A stretch of 64,000 nt of DNA, taken from positions 480,001-544,000 of the forward strand of contig CBDDEL010000015.1 in NCBI GenBank assembly GCA_965226885.1, written 5' to 3'. Below the pieces are notes generated by a model, which was not told the origin of the DNA, made no database searches, and saw nothing but the letters and a program-made list of their open reading frames with translations. The position numbers and the translations under genes were made by a program. Origin of the DNA: Opitutales bacterium. GTDB lineage: Bacteria; Verrucomicrobiota; Verrucomicrobiia; Opitutales; UBA2987. Below, in pieces: positions 10,204-20,800 of the stretch (position 1 is the first letter of the stretch; every line of letters begins with the position of its first letter).

Positions 10204-12022
10204 GAGGCTGTCCCAAAAGGGTGATTTTTGCGAGGGCTTTTGATAGGCGCTCATTTTAGAGGTATTTGCATTTGGGAGAGTATCAACTTTGCTCTCCTAT
10301 GACGTTAGGATACTGGTTTTGGGGTCCGGTTGCCTGGTTTTCTTTGTATGAGCCGACAGTAAGGCTGTGAAAAAGTATTGTCCTTGCTTTTCCGCTCTCT
10401 AGGCCGCCGCTTTGGTTTTTAGTTCGTCTTGCTGGGCCAGCATCTTGGCTACTTTCCATAGGTTGTGCGAGAGTACCGACCAGGCTACGCTGATCGAGCG
10501 GTTGGCAAAGCCTTTGCTGCGCAACCGCCCGGCCTGCCAGCGATTCTTCAATACCCCGATCCGCCCTTCGGTGCTGGCCCGGCGCTTTTGCAATTGTCTG
10601 AACAGTGGTTCCTCCATCCGTTTTTTCAACTGCTTCGGATCGCGTGGACAGAGCGCGTCGTAGATTCCCTCCTGGGCTAACTGCCGGCGGGCCCGCTGGG
10701 AGGCAAATCCCCGGTCCGCGCACATGGCCGCTATGGGTTCTTCCAGGTTGAAGCGGTTCTGTCTTTGCAAACTCTCTTGCATTTGTTCATTTTCGCTTGG
10801 AGTTCGGCTGCCGTAGAGTTTCCAGTCCAGCAGGTACCCTTCAACGCTTTCTCCCAAAAACAGGGTGTTGCCGAACTCGACCTCTTGGCCCGCTTTACCT
10901 CGCACAATCACCTGCCCATCGAGTTCGTAAACACTCAAGACTTTCTCTGCGTTTTTCACCTGGCGGCCGCCAATGATCCGCTCGTGCGCCTGTTTGATGA
11001 CCACCGGGATTTGCTCGCTCATGCGCTCCATCCGGGCGAGGATCTGTTGGACCTGTTTTTCGCTGTAATCGCTTTGCTCCCAGCAGGCTTGCAATAATTC
11101 CCGGTGACTGCGGGCATGCTCCCCGAGCCGTTTGAGCAGCTTTTTCATCTGCCTCAAGATACCCTTGCGCTGCCGCGCGCTGTCCTTTCGCCGCCGGCTG
11201 TGGGTCATCTGTATGCACAGCCGATTCATCTGCCGAGCCAAGGGCTCCGGTTCGATCGGCATGCGATGGCGCACACCGGCCTTCTCGCGGATCAGCCGGA
11301 TCGCTTTGAGCAACGTGCCGGCTACATCCTTGAGTAATACCCAGTCCGTCGGCCAATGAATGTTAGCCTCCAAACAGGTGCCGTCGATCAGGCAAATGGT
11401 GGTGTCAATCGGCTTGTCCAATCCCACCTGCCGGGCCAGAAGGGCATCGCCCACCACCTCAGTCAAGGTCCGGTGCAAGGCCCTCAACTGCTCTTCGCTG
11501 AAAAACTTCGAAGCCCGCTCCAGGGTGCTTTTGGAGATGCCCCTGATGCCATCGATCTGCCGGACACGGCAAAAGTCGGCCAACAGATCGCTGCTGCCCA
11601 GAGCCCGCGACAAATGCCGAAACGAAATCCCTCCGAGCAGACGGCCCAGCGTATCCATGCGCAGTGCCTTGATGGCAAAACTGGCCCGCTGCCGCCGGGC
11701 CTTTAGACCCATTGGCGGCCACCCCTCCAAGGCCAGCTCAATGGCCTGCGATTCCACCTCCGAGTCGATCAGCAGCCGATCGATTCGATCAATGGTGGCG
11801 CGGAAGTTATCGTAATCGAGGCACCGGTCGACCACAGTTAAAGCTGGACGCAGGAGGCATTGGATGGCTATATTTTTCATAGAAAGGGCTATATATTGAT
11901 TTTCGCTAACTCAATTATAGAACCCTTTTTTGGCCGGATCGAGCAAAAACTTGCTCTTTCCGGCTCTTTTTATCAACGTCATCCAGTTGACTATAAAATC
12001 TTTATATCTTTGGGACAGCCTC
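10204..12022 (-). mobile_element. IS5-like/ISNCY insertion sequence (1819 bp)
   Basis: 14-bp perfect IR GAGGCTGTCCCAAA; 7-bp target duplication TAAAATA (10197-10203, 12023-12029). Confidence 0.9.
10399..11880 (-). CDS. DDE transposase (IS5-like)
   Basis: [31 protein letters not shown] and [12 protein letters not shown] motifs. Confidence 0.88.
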   Translation of the reverse strand: MKNIAIQCLLRPALTVVDRCLDYDNFRATIDRIDRLLIDSEVESQAIELALEGWPPMGLKARRQRASFAIKALRMDTLGRLLGGISFRHLSRALGSSDLLADFCRVRQIDGIRGISKSTLERASKFFSEEQLRALHRTLTEVVGDALLARQVGLDKPIDTTICLIDGTCLEANIHWPTDWVLLKDVAGTLLKAIRLIREKAGVRHRMPIEPEPLARQMNRLCIQMTHSRRRKDSARQRKGILRQMKKLLKRLGEHARSHRELLQACWEQSDYSEKQVQQILARMERMSEQIPVVIKQAHERIIGGRQVKNAEKVLSVYELDGQVIVRGKAGQEVEFGNTLFLGESVEGYLLDWKLYGSRTPSENEQMQESLQRQNRFNLEEPIAAMCADRGFASQRARRQLAQEGIYDALCPRDPKQLKKRMEEPLFRQLQKRRASTEGRIGVLKNRWQAGRLRSKGFANRSISVAWSVLSHNLWKVAKMLAQQDELKTKAAA

Positions 12023-12461
12023 TAAAATATACACCCGAAGATGGGTGCATTGAGATTCGCACAGAATTGGTTTCAGATTCGGCGGTCAGGATATCGGTCA
12101 GCGATACCGGTATCGGAATACCGGCCGACCAAATCAATGTAATTTTTAACGAATTTTATCAAACGGATCGGGCTCGAGATGAAGGATTGGGTGGAACGGG
12201 AATCGGGTTGGCTCTGACCAAGAGGCTGGTGGAATTGCACGGGGGAAAAATTGGCGTAGAGAGCATCCCAGGGGAGGGCAGCAAATTCTGGTTTACCCTA
12301 CCGTTTGTTAAAACAGAGAGAGCTGAAGTTGAAGTAATGGATAAAAACTAGGGCCGCAAGGCAGACGATTTTCCTAAAGGCAGTCGCATTTTCCCGGTCG
12401 AAGACAACGGGGTAATCGTTGCCATGATTCTGGACATGTTCAACTCCACCAAGATTTCGCT

Positions 12462-12845
12462 TTAAATAACTTCGGCGTAACTGGCGGAGTCGAGGAGGGC
12501 TGCGGCCTGGCCGGTCTCGGCCTCTTCCACTTTTATTTTAATCATCCAGGCCCGGCCGTAGGGGTCGTCGTTGACCAGTTCCGGGGCCTCTTCCAAATCC
12601 TCGTTAATTTCGATGATTTCCCCGCCCAGAGGCATGAACAGGTCGGAGGCGGCCTTGACCGATTCGACCACCCCGAAGGTATCGCCCCGGGCTAAAGAAT
12701 CTCCCGGCTGGGGAAGATCCACAAAGGTGACATCGCCCAGGCTCTGCTGGGCGTGATCGGTGACCCCCACGGTGGCCACATCATCGATCAGCCGCACCCA
12801 TTCATGATCCTTTGTGTAGAGCAAGTCATTGGGTATATTATTCAT
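12462..12845 (-). CDS. gcvH: Glycine cleavage system H protein
   Basis: YTKDHEW, GVTDHAQ, VESVKAASD (lipoyl-Lys), VNDDPYG. Confidence 0.97.
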   Translation of the reverse strand: MNNIPNDLLYTKDHEWVRLIDDVATVGVTDHAQQSLGDVTFVDLPQPGDSLARGDTFGVVESVKAASDLFMPLGGEIIEINEDLEEAPELVNDDPYGRAWMIKIKVEEAETGQAAALLDSASYAEVI

Positions 12846-12885
12846 CTTGGATTGTTGATATTTTTTAAATTCGAAAACGAAATGC

Positions 12886-13974
12886 CTATTTATGCAAGGG
12901 AGGTTTTTTGACTTGGAGAGGAATTAAATGTCCACGTAAATCCACCTCCAGGCTCTGGAGGTCGGTTCCATTAAGCGAAACCAGAGCAGAGCCGATGGGC
13001 TGATTGATGATGGGGGAAAAACTACCCGAAACCACCTCGCCCACTTTTTTTCCACAGAAAATTACCGGTGTGCCGGGGCGGGCGATGCGGCGGCCGTCCA
13101 GGTGAAAAAATACGATGCGCCGGGAGGAACCGCGTGCTTTTTCCGCCGCCAGGGCTTCCTTGCCGATGAAGTCGCCCTCCTTATTCAGTTTAACCGTCCA
13201 ACCCAGACGGGCCTCGAGGGGTGAAATGCTTTCCGTGATCTCATGCCCATAGAGGGAGAAGCCGGCTTCCAGGCGCAGGCTGTCGCGGGCACCCAGACCG
13301 CAGGGGCCGATGCCGAGGTATTTCCCGGCGTCCAGGATGCTGCGGGCAATGGTCGAGCCGACATCCCAGGGGCAGTAAATTTCCACTCCTTCCTCGCCCG
13401 TATAACCGGTCCGGCTGATCATGGCAGGGACGCCGGCGACGATTGCGTCGATGATGGAAAAAGGAGGCATTTCCTCCAGTTTGACCACGGTCAGCGGAGC
13501 CATCGCGGATAGCGCCAAGGGGCCTTGCAGGGCCAATTGGGTATAATCGGCAGAGACGTTTTCGACCTCACAATTGAAGGAGGCGGCATTTTCCCGAATC
13601 CAGTCGTAATCGGATTCCGTATTGTTGGCATTGACACACAGCATGTAGGAATCTTTCTTCAAACGGTAAATGAGAAGATCGTCCACCACGCCCCCGTCTT
13701 CATTGCACATGACTGTGTATTGGGCCTGGCGATTCTTCAGTTTTGCCACATCGTTGGTTACCAGGTAATTCAAGAATTTCTCGGCCAGGGGACCGGTCAC
13801 GTTTACCTCGCCCATGTGGCTGACATCAAAGAGGCCGGCAGATTGACGCACCATGCGATGCTCTTCCAGGATGCCGGTATACTGGACCGGCATTTCCCAA
13901 CCGCCGAATTCTACAAAACGAGCCCTATGCTCTTGATGAAAGTTGTAGAGGGCCGTGCGCTTAGGAGAACTCAT
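12886..13974 (-). CDS. gcvT: Glycine cleavage aminomethyltransferase
   Basis: FGGWEMPVQY, LFDVSHMGE, SRTGYTGE, GLGARDSLRLEAG. Confidence 0.97.
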   Translation of the reverse strand: MSSPKRTALYNFHQEHRARFVEFGGWEMPVQYTGILEEHRMVRQSAGLFDVSHMGEVNVTGPLAEKFLNYLVTNDVAKLKNRQAQYTVMCNEDGGVVDDLLIYRLKKDSYMLCVNANNTESDYDWIRENAASFNCEVENVSADYTQLALQGPLALSAMAPLTVVKLEEMPPFSIIDAIVAGVPAMISRTGYTGEEGVEIYCPWDVGSTIARSILDAGKYLGIGPCGLGARDSLRLEAGFSLYGHEITESISPLEARLGWTVKLNKEGDFIGKEALAAEKARGSSRRIVFFHLDGRRIARPGTPVIFCGKKVGEVVSGSFSPIINQPIGSALVSLNGTDLQSLEVDLRGHLIPLQVKKPPLHK

Positions 13975-14230
13975 TTTATCTGGTTCAGGAGTTTTTAGAT
14001 GAATAATAATTCAGGCCGATTACCAAGGTTCCACAAACTCCTTTCTTGCCTGCTTTTATTTTGTAAAAATTTAATCCATAAACGAATTGCCGATCGTGGA
14101 AACGTCAAGAAAGAAGCGGAGGCATTCTTCCCCGGAAGTAGTCATGAAAAAGAAATCCTTGAATTTTGAGGGCAAAAGTGTTTCGCTGGTTTTTCGGGTT
14201 GCCACCTAAACTTATCGGCAGCCTGTCCTC

Positions 14231-15340
14231 ATGACAGCGCTTCTACTCCCCGTCTGCTTCACACTTTTTGTATCGGGCTTTTGTTCCCTGCTGGAAGCCT
14301 TTATCCTAAGCGTCACCACGGCGGAAATAGAATTTCTGAAAAAAAGCAAACCCCCGAGGGGACTTTTGCTGGAAAAATTCAAGCGCGACATTGAATTGAC
14401 CAGCTCGGCTATCCTGACCCTCAACACCATCGCCAATACTCTGGGGGCCATGTGGGTGGCCGCCGTCGCTACTCGAGTGGCCGGAAATCTGGTGGGGCTG
14501 ATCACATTCGGCATGGTCATGGGAATTCTTTTTCTTTCCGAAATTCTTCCCAAAAATATGGGGGTCATTTATCGCAAATCCCTTCTTGCCAACCTCGTAT
14601 ATCCATTGCAACTGGTGCGCTGGTGTATGTATCCGCTATCCTATTTGGCCATGCACTCCATCCGGCTGATGGTTGACCGCGACAATATGGATGAAGAAAA
14701 GGAAGAAGAGGAGGAAATTAAACTCCTGGCCGAGAAACATGCCAAGGATGGGGCCCTATCGACCAGCGAGCGGGATATGATTTTGAACGCCCTCAGCCTG
14801 GACGATGTTCAAATCCACGAAATCATGACCCCGCGCACGGTGGTCCAGGCCCTCGAATCCCATTTATCGGTGGACGAAGTATTCAAGGAGATCAGAATTC
14901 TTTTTTTCGGACGGATGCCGGTATTCGAGGATAATATCGACAATATTGTGGGCCTGGTGCGCCGGCGCGATCTGCTACAGGCGCGGGCCAATGACGAAGA
15001 TGATAAAAGGGTTTCGGGTATGATGATCGACGCCATCTTCGTGCCCGAAACAGCCACCGCGGCCGACGCCCTACAGCAATTCCTCAAGGCTCATCAACAA
15101 TGCGCCGTTGTGGTCGATGAATTTGGGGCCACGGCCGGTGTCGTTACGATGGAGGACATCATGGAACATATCCTGGGCAAGGAAATTTATGAAGACACCG
15201 ATCTGGCTGTCGATATGCGGGAATTGGCCCGCGCCCGCGCTCAGGAGCAAGCCATTGAAGAGAGCGCCTTGCCGGAAGAAAACGAAGACAACCAGCCTTC
15301 GGTCGATGCCAAGGCCAAATCCCACCCGACCAAATCCTGA
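14231..15340 (+). CDS. CNNM/DUF21 plus CBS-pair membrane protein (hemolysin/CorC family)
   Basis: SGFCSLLEA, AILTLNTIAN, SEILPK, IMTPR and VVDEFG motifs. Confidence 0.9.
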   Translation: MTALLLPVCFTLFVSGFCSLLEAFILSVTTAEIEFLKKSKPPRGLLLEKFKRDIELTSSAILTLNTIANTLGAMWVAAVATRVAGNLVGLITFGMVMGILFLSEILPKNMGVIYRKSLLANLVYPLQLVRWCMYPLSYLAMHSIRLMVDRDNMDEEKEEEEEIKLLAEKHAKDGALSTSERDMILNALSLDDVQIHEIMTPRTVVQALESHLSVDEVFKEIRILFFGRMPVFEDNIDNIVGLVRRRDLLQARANDEDDKRVSGMMIDAIFVPETATAADALQQFLKAHQQCAVVVDEFGATAGVVTMEDIMEHILGKEIYEDTDLAVDMRELARARAQEQAIEESALPEENEDNQPSVDAKAKSHPTKS

Positions 15341-15375
15341 TCGGGAATTGCGCCATAATCCGTAGTCTTTGAGAG

Positions 15376-16209
15376 ATGTTTGCCCAGGCGACCAATAACC
15401 AATGGCCGGAATACTGGCTGCATGACCTGAGCCCGTTCATCATCCGGTTCAGCGAAAATTTTGGCCTACGCTGGTATGGTATGGCCTATGTGCTGGGTTT
15501 TTTGGCGGCTTACGGGCTGCTCGCTTTTTACTACAAGAAAGGGCGTTCACCCTGGGATGCCGACCAACAGGCGACCGCTTTCTGGGCCATTATTCTTGGG
15601 GTCGTGGTGGGAGGCAGGCTGGGCTACATGCTGTTCTATGATTGGGGTAACTTTATGCGCAACCCGCTCATAATCATCCGCGTGTGGGAGGGCGGCATGG
15701 CCAGCCACGGAGGATTCGTTGGCAGTTTGCTGGCCGGGATCTGGTTTGCCCGCCGTAGCAAGACGCCCTTTCTCAAAACCGCCGATATATTTTGTACGCT
15801 GCCTCTGCCGGGAATCTTTTTTGGCCGCATTGCAAATTTTATCAATGGAGAGCTTTGGGGAAAAGTAACCGAAGTGCCCTGGGCGGTGCTTTTTCCGGCC
15901 AGTCCCTATCCATTGAGTCCCCGGCACCCTTCTCAATTGTATGAAGCTTTACTGGAGGGGCTTTTGCTTTGCCTTTACACCCAGATTCGCTTCTGGACTG
16001 GTAAGCCGCAAAAGCGGCCCGAAGGACAGCTTTGCGGGGAGTTATTTCTGGTTTATGCCCTAGTTCGCATCCTGGGGGAAGCCTTTCGCGAGCCGGACGC
16101 CGCTCTCATTTTCGGTCTCAGCCGCGGGGTGTTTTATTCCCTTTTTCTTGCCGCCGGGGGGATCGGCATGAATTGTTGGGCTCGGCGCAAAGGAAAATAC
16201 GGTTGTTAA
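15376..16209 (+). CDS. lgt: Prolipoprotein diacylglyceryl transferase
   Basis: RWYG, GGRLGY, WEGGMASHGG, GRIANFINGELWG, RHPSQLYE. Confidence 0.97.
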   Translation: MFAQATNNQWPEYWLHDLSPFIIRFSENFGLRWYGMAYVLGFLAAYGLLAFYYKKGRSPWDADQQATAFWAIILGVVVGGRLGYMLFYDWGNFMRNPLIIIRVWEGGMASHGGFVGSLLAGIWFARRSKTPFLKTADIFCTLPLPGIFFGRIANFINGELWGKVTEVPWAVLFPASPYPLSPRHPSQLYEALLEGLLLCLYTQIRFWTGKPQKRPEGQLCGELFLVYALVRILGEAFREPDAALIFGLSRGVFYSLFLAAGGIGMNCWARRKGKYGC

Positions 16210-16246
16210 AAGGCAATACTCATTTGAGCCGAAATATTGTTGAAAT

Positions 16247-17272
16247 ATGAATACCATTACATTGGAAGAACCGGGCCGATTTTCCCTCAGCGACACCCCT
16301 GAACCTCCGCCTCCGGCCGAAGGCGAGGCCCAGGTGAGGATACACCGCGTGGGCATCTGCGGGACTGATATTCATGCCTACGGCGGGACCATGCCTTATT
16401 TTACCTACCCGGTCATTCCGGGGCACGAACTGGGCGTCGAAGTGGTTGCCACGGGAACCGGCGTATCCCATGTGCAGGCGGGCGACCGCTGTTCGGTGGA
16501 ACCCTACCTGAACTGCGGGCACTGCCATATGTGCCAGGCGGGGCGCACTAATGCATGCCCGGAACTCAAAGTCCTTGGCATCCACACGGACGGGGGTATG
16601 CGCGAACTCATTATCGTCCCCGCAAGCAAGCTGCATCCGTCGGGCGAACTGTCCTACGAGCATCTGGCTTTGGTGGAAACCCTTGGCATCGGCTGCCATG
16701 CGGTGCAGCGAGCGGGCTTGAGTGAAGGCGAAAATGTGCTCGTGGTCGGGGCGGGACCGATCGGGCTGACCGTAATGGCTTTTGCCCGGTTGGCCGGGGC
16801 GCAGGTTTATGCCATGGATATCAATGCTGGGCGTTTGGGGTTCTGCCACCGGGAAATGCAGGTCAAGGGAACCATTCTAGCAGAAGAAGGGGAACCCGCA
16901 GGGGAATTGAGGGAAATGCTCGGCGGGTCGCTGCCCACTGTCGTTTTCGACGCCACCGGTTACGGCCCTTCCATGGAGGCATCATTGCATCTCGTAAATC
17001 CGGGAGGGCGGCTCATTTATGTGGGTGTCTGGAACGGTTCCGTGGGCGTGGACGACCCCGAAATGCACCGTAAGGAGCTGACCATACTGGCATCCCGCAA
17101 CGCACCATCGGGCGACTTCCCATTTATAATCGAAAAGCTCGAATCCGGTGAATTGACGGTCAATTCCTGGATCACCCATCGCTGCCGAGAGGTCGAATTA
17201 ATGGAGCAATTTCCGGTCTGGCTGCAACCGGGTTCAGGTCTTCTCAAAGGCGTGGTGTCCTTTGCGCCCTAA
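16247..17272 (+). CDS. Zn-dependent (MDR) sugar-acid/alcohol dehydrogenase
   Basis: GICGTD, GHE, structural Zn CGHCHMC...C, GAGPIG. Confidence 0.9.
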   Translation: MNTITLEEPGRFSLSDTPEPPPPAEGEAQVRIHRVGICGTDIHAYGGTMPYFTYPVIPGHELGVEVVATGTGVSHVQAGDRCSVEPYLNCGHCHMCQAGRTNACPELKVLGIHTDGGMRELIIVPASKLHPSGELSYEHLALVETLGIGCHAVQRAGLSEGENVLVVGAGPIGLTVMAFARLAGAQVYAMDINAGRLGFCHREMQVKGTILAEEGEPAGELREMLGGSLPTVVFDATGYGPSMEASLHLVNPGGRLIYVGVWNGSVGVDDPEMHRKELTILASRNAPSGDFPFIIEKLESGELTVNSWITHRCREVELMEQFPVWLQPGSGLLKGVVSFAP

Positions 17273-17356
17273 AAAAGTTGTTGTCAAAGGGCCGACTTCT
17301 TTAAAAGATTGAGGCTCGAAGTTGACTTTTTTTTTGAATTATAGAACCTTTAAAGT

Positions 17357-17692
17357 ATGAAAATCCAAGCCTACCTCAAACCACAATGCGGATGGAGCAA
17401 CGGCGTGCGCGCCATTTTGGCCAAGTACGAACTGGAATATAATGATCGTGATATTATCAATGATCCTGAAATCTATGCCGAAATGGTCAATAAATCCGGT
17501 CAAACTCTATCACCCTGTGTAGAAATCGACGGCATCATGCTGGCCGATGTGAGCGGAGAAGAGGTGGAGAGTTATTTGCTCAGTAATCAATTGGTAAACC
17601 AGAGCGAAAACAAAACCGATGTGCCCCTCGATGCGCCCTGCACCGACGAGGAGCATGAGAAGATGAATTCGGATACCATCCGGTTTTTCTAA
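17357..17692 (+). CDS. Monothiol glutaredoxin-like protein
   Basis: KPQCGWS active-site motif; SGQTLSPCVEID cis-Pro region. Confidence 0.8.
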   Translation: MKIQAYLKPQCGWSNGVRAILAKYELEYNDRDIINDPEIYAEMVNKSGQTLSPCVEIDGIMLADVSGEEVESYLLSNQLVNQSENKTDVPLDAPCTDEEHEKMNSDTIRFF

Positions 17693-17880
17693 ATTTCGCA
17701 TTTCGCCCCGATAGCTGAGCCCATCGGGGCGGAGGTTGGCGAAACCGACTTTTAGGCTCATTTTGTCAATATTCCGATAAGGGTATTGTGGAATCCGATG
17801 TGCTTTTGTTACAATGGCCATGTGCTTTTGTTACAATGGCCTGTTGAAAGTCGATGAAGCCTAAGAAAAAAAATTTTTAA

Positions 17881-20800
17881 ATGTACACACAATTTCCATC
17901 ACCGCTTTACCGGACGGAAGACGATCACGACGCTTGCGGTGTCGGGTTCGTGGCCAATGTTGATGGGAAAAGGTCCTACGATATCATTGAAAGAGCGGTT
18001 ACGGGCTTGAAAAACCTGGCCCACCGTGGCGCTATCGACGCCGATGCGGTTACCGGCGACGGGGCCGGCCTGCTCACGCAAATACCCTACCCGCTTTTTG
18101 GCAAATACCTGAAATCACTGGGAAAGCCTCTTTATAAAAACACCGACCTGGCCGTCTGCATGGTGTTTTTGGCCCGGGAGGACGAGGAAGCCCGCAATGC
18201 AGGAAAACGCATTATCGAGGAGGCCATTGCAGCGGAGGAGCTTACATTTTTGGCCTGGCGGGAAGTCCCGGTCGATCCTTCCTGTCTAGGAAGAAGAGCG
18301 GAGGAGACCCGGCCCGCCATCCTGCAGGCACTGGCCGCCCGGAGGGAGGAAATTCCCGGTGAAAAATTTGAGCGCAATTGCTACCTGGCCATGAAATCGG
18401 CGGAAAACCGAGCCGCCGGGGAAAAGGTAAAAGATTTTTACATCGTCAGTTTTTCCGGACTCACACTCACCTATAAGGGCCTCCTTAACGCGGACCAATT
18501 GAGGCGTTTTTTCCCCGATTTGCGCTCACCGCTCTACACCAGCGCCTTTGCCATTTTCCATCAACGGTTCGCCACCAACACCATGGCCGACTGGCGGAAG
18601 GCGCAGCCCTATCGGATGGTCGCCCACAACGGTGAAATCAATACCATTGGGGGCAACCGCAACCTCATGCGGGCGCGGGAATCCTCCTCCTCTCATGGTA
18701 TCTGGAGAGAGCGGTTCAAGGATTTGAAGCCCATAGTTCAGCCGCAAATGAGCGATTCGGCCAGTTTCGACAATGTCCTCCAGCTCATTACTCTGGGCGG
18801 ACGTTCCTGCATCCAGAGCGCCTCCATGATGCTGCCCCATTCGTGGGAAAAGGATGTCGGACTACAGGAAAATATTCGTGATTTTTACCGTTTTCACTCC
18901 ACCATCATGGAACCCTGGGATGGGCCCGCGGCGATGGTTTTTTCCGACGGGCGATATGTTGGAGCGGCCCTAGATCGCAGCGGCCTGCGGCCTTTGCGCT
19001 ACAAAGTTTACGAGGACGGCACGATGGTTATTGCCTCTGAAACAGGGGTTGTGCCGGACTGGGGTTCCCCCGTGGTCACCAACGGGCGGCTGGGGCCGGG
19101 CCGAATGGTGGCGGTGGACCTGCGTGCGCGCCGCATCCTGGAAGACGAGGATCGCAAGGAATACCTGGGCAATCTGGCCAACTATGGCTGGTGGTGCCAG
19201 GAATCCATCCACAATCTGCAAAAGATGGCCGGGGCTCCGGTGGATTGGAGTAAAGTCTCCACCACCCCCAATGATTTGCCGGCCCTGCAAATTGTGTTCG
19301 ACTACGATCAGGATGAAAAGGAGATTATTCTTCATCCCATGATTGAATCAGGTTACGAGCCCTTGGGCTCGATGGGTGACGATACACCATTGGCCATCCT
19401 TTCGCGCCGCCCCCGCCTACTCTACACTTATTTCAAACAGCTTTTTGCCCAAGTGACTAACCCCGCCATTGATCCCATCCGGGAATCCATCATCATGTCG
19501 CTGACGATGTACCTGGGCGGCAGGTATGGTTTGTTCGAGGGAATTACCCACAGTCGTGATTTTCTGGAGCTGGAGTCCCCCCTTCTTTTCGATCATGAAT
19601 TCGAGAAAATTCATCATGGTGCGTTCTTTCAAAATCGGATTTTCAAACTGGAATCCTTATTCGATGTCGAGAAAGGGGCGGATGGGATGCGGGCGGCCGT
19701 GCGGGCGCTTTGCGAAGAATCGCGGCGGTTGGTGCGGGATGAAGAAGCTCGCATAATAATACTCTCCGACCGTGGGGTAAACGCTGACCGGGCGCCAATT
19801 CCCATGCTTCTGGCGGTGGGCGCGGTCAATCAATCCCTCACCAGAGCAGGGCTGCGCCTCAATGCCGACATCGTGGCGGAGACAGGAGAAGCCAGGGATG
19901 TCCACCAGAATGCCTGCCTGCTTGGTTATGGGGCCAATGCGATTTATCCCTACCTGGCATTGGACCTAGTGCGTGAACTCTGCCGCGAATCGTCGGAATC
20001 GACCCCGCTCGATCCGGAAAATGCCCTCAAAAATTATCGCCAGGCGGTGGATCGGGGTATTCTCAAAATCATGTCCAAAATGGGCATCAGCACGCTTTTC
20101 AGTTATAACGGAGCCCAAGTGTTCGAGGCCATTGGTCTTTCTCGCAAGCTGGTTAAGGAATGCTTTTTGGGCACTCCATCCCCGATTGACGGAATTTCCT
20201 ACCGCGAGGTGGCCGCAGAAGTCCTCCGGCGGCACGAGACCGCCTTCGCATCCGCAGAACCGGTTGCGATTGGCTCCCACGGTTATTACAAAGTCAACAA
20301 ACGAGGCGGCGGAGAATTTCACGGTTGGAACCCGAAAGTGGTCTCCGGCATGAATCGATTTATACGCTCGGGCAATATCGAAAAATTTAACCAGGCGGCC
20401 GAGACGCATCCCCCTGTCGGCTTGAAAAATCTCTTACGGCTGCGCCCGAAAGGGGAACCCGTGCCTTTGCCGGAAATTGAGTCCATCGAGGACATACGGC
20501 GACGGTTTACGACCGCTGGAATGTCTCTGGGAGCCCTCTCTCCGGAGGCCCACGAATGCCTGGCCATTGCCATGAACGAGATCGGGGGCAAATCCAATTC
20601 GGGCGAAGGGGGGGAGGATCCACGCAGGTTCCATCCTCTGGAAAACGGGGACAACGCCAACAGCGCGATCAAGCAGGTGGCCAGCGGCCGATTCGGTGTG
20701 ACCGCGGAGTATCTGGCCAATGCCCGGGAAATAGAAATTAAAATCGCCCAGGGCGCCAAACCGGGAGAGGGAGGGCAGCTTCCCGGCCACAAGGTCTCTA

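Larger units (their letters stand above)
9277..12351 (+). pseudogene. PAS-domain sensor histidine kinase, multiply disrupted
   Basis: LWEEDFS-type PAS start cut by IS1; H-box FLSHMSHELRTPL; N-box NLLSNALK|YTPE split by the IS at 10204-12022; DTGIGI and GTGIGL boxes; 21-bp in-frame and 17-bp frameshifting duplications. Confidence 0.9.

Noticed and set aside
11860..12022. N-terminus of the 163-aa HATPase ORF as a separate gene
   Set aside because: It is IS sequence reading into the kinase remnant.
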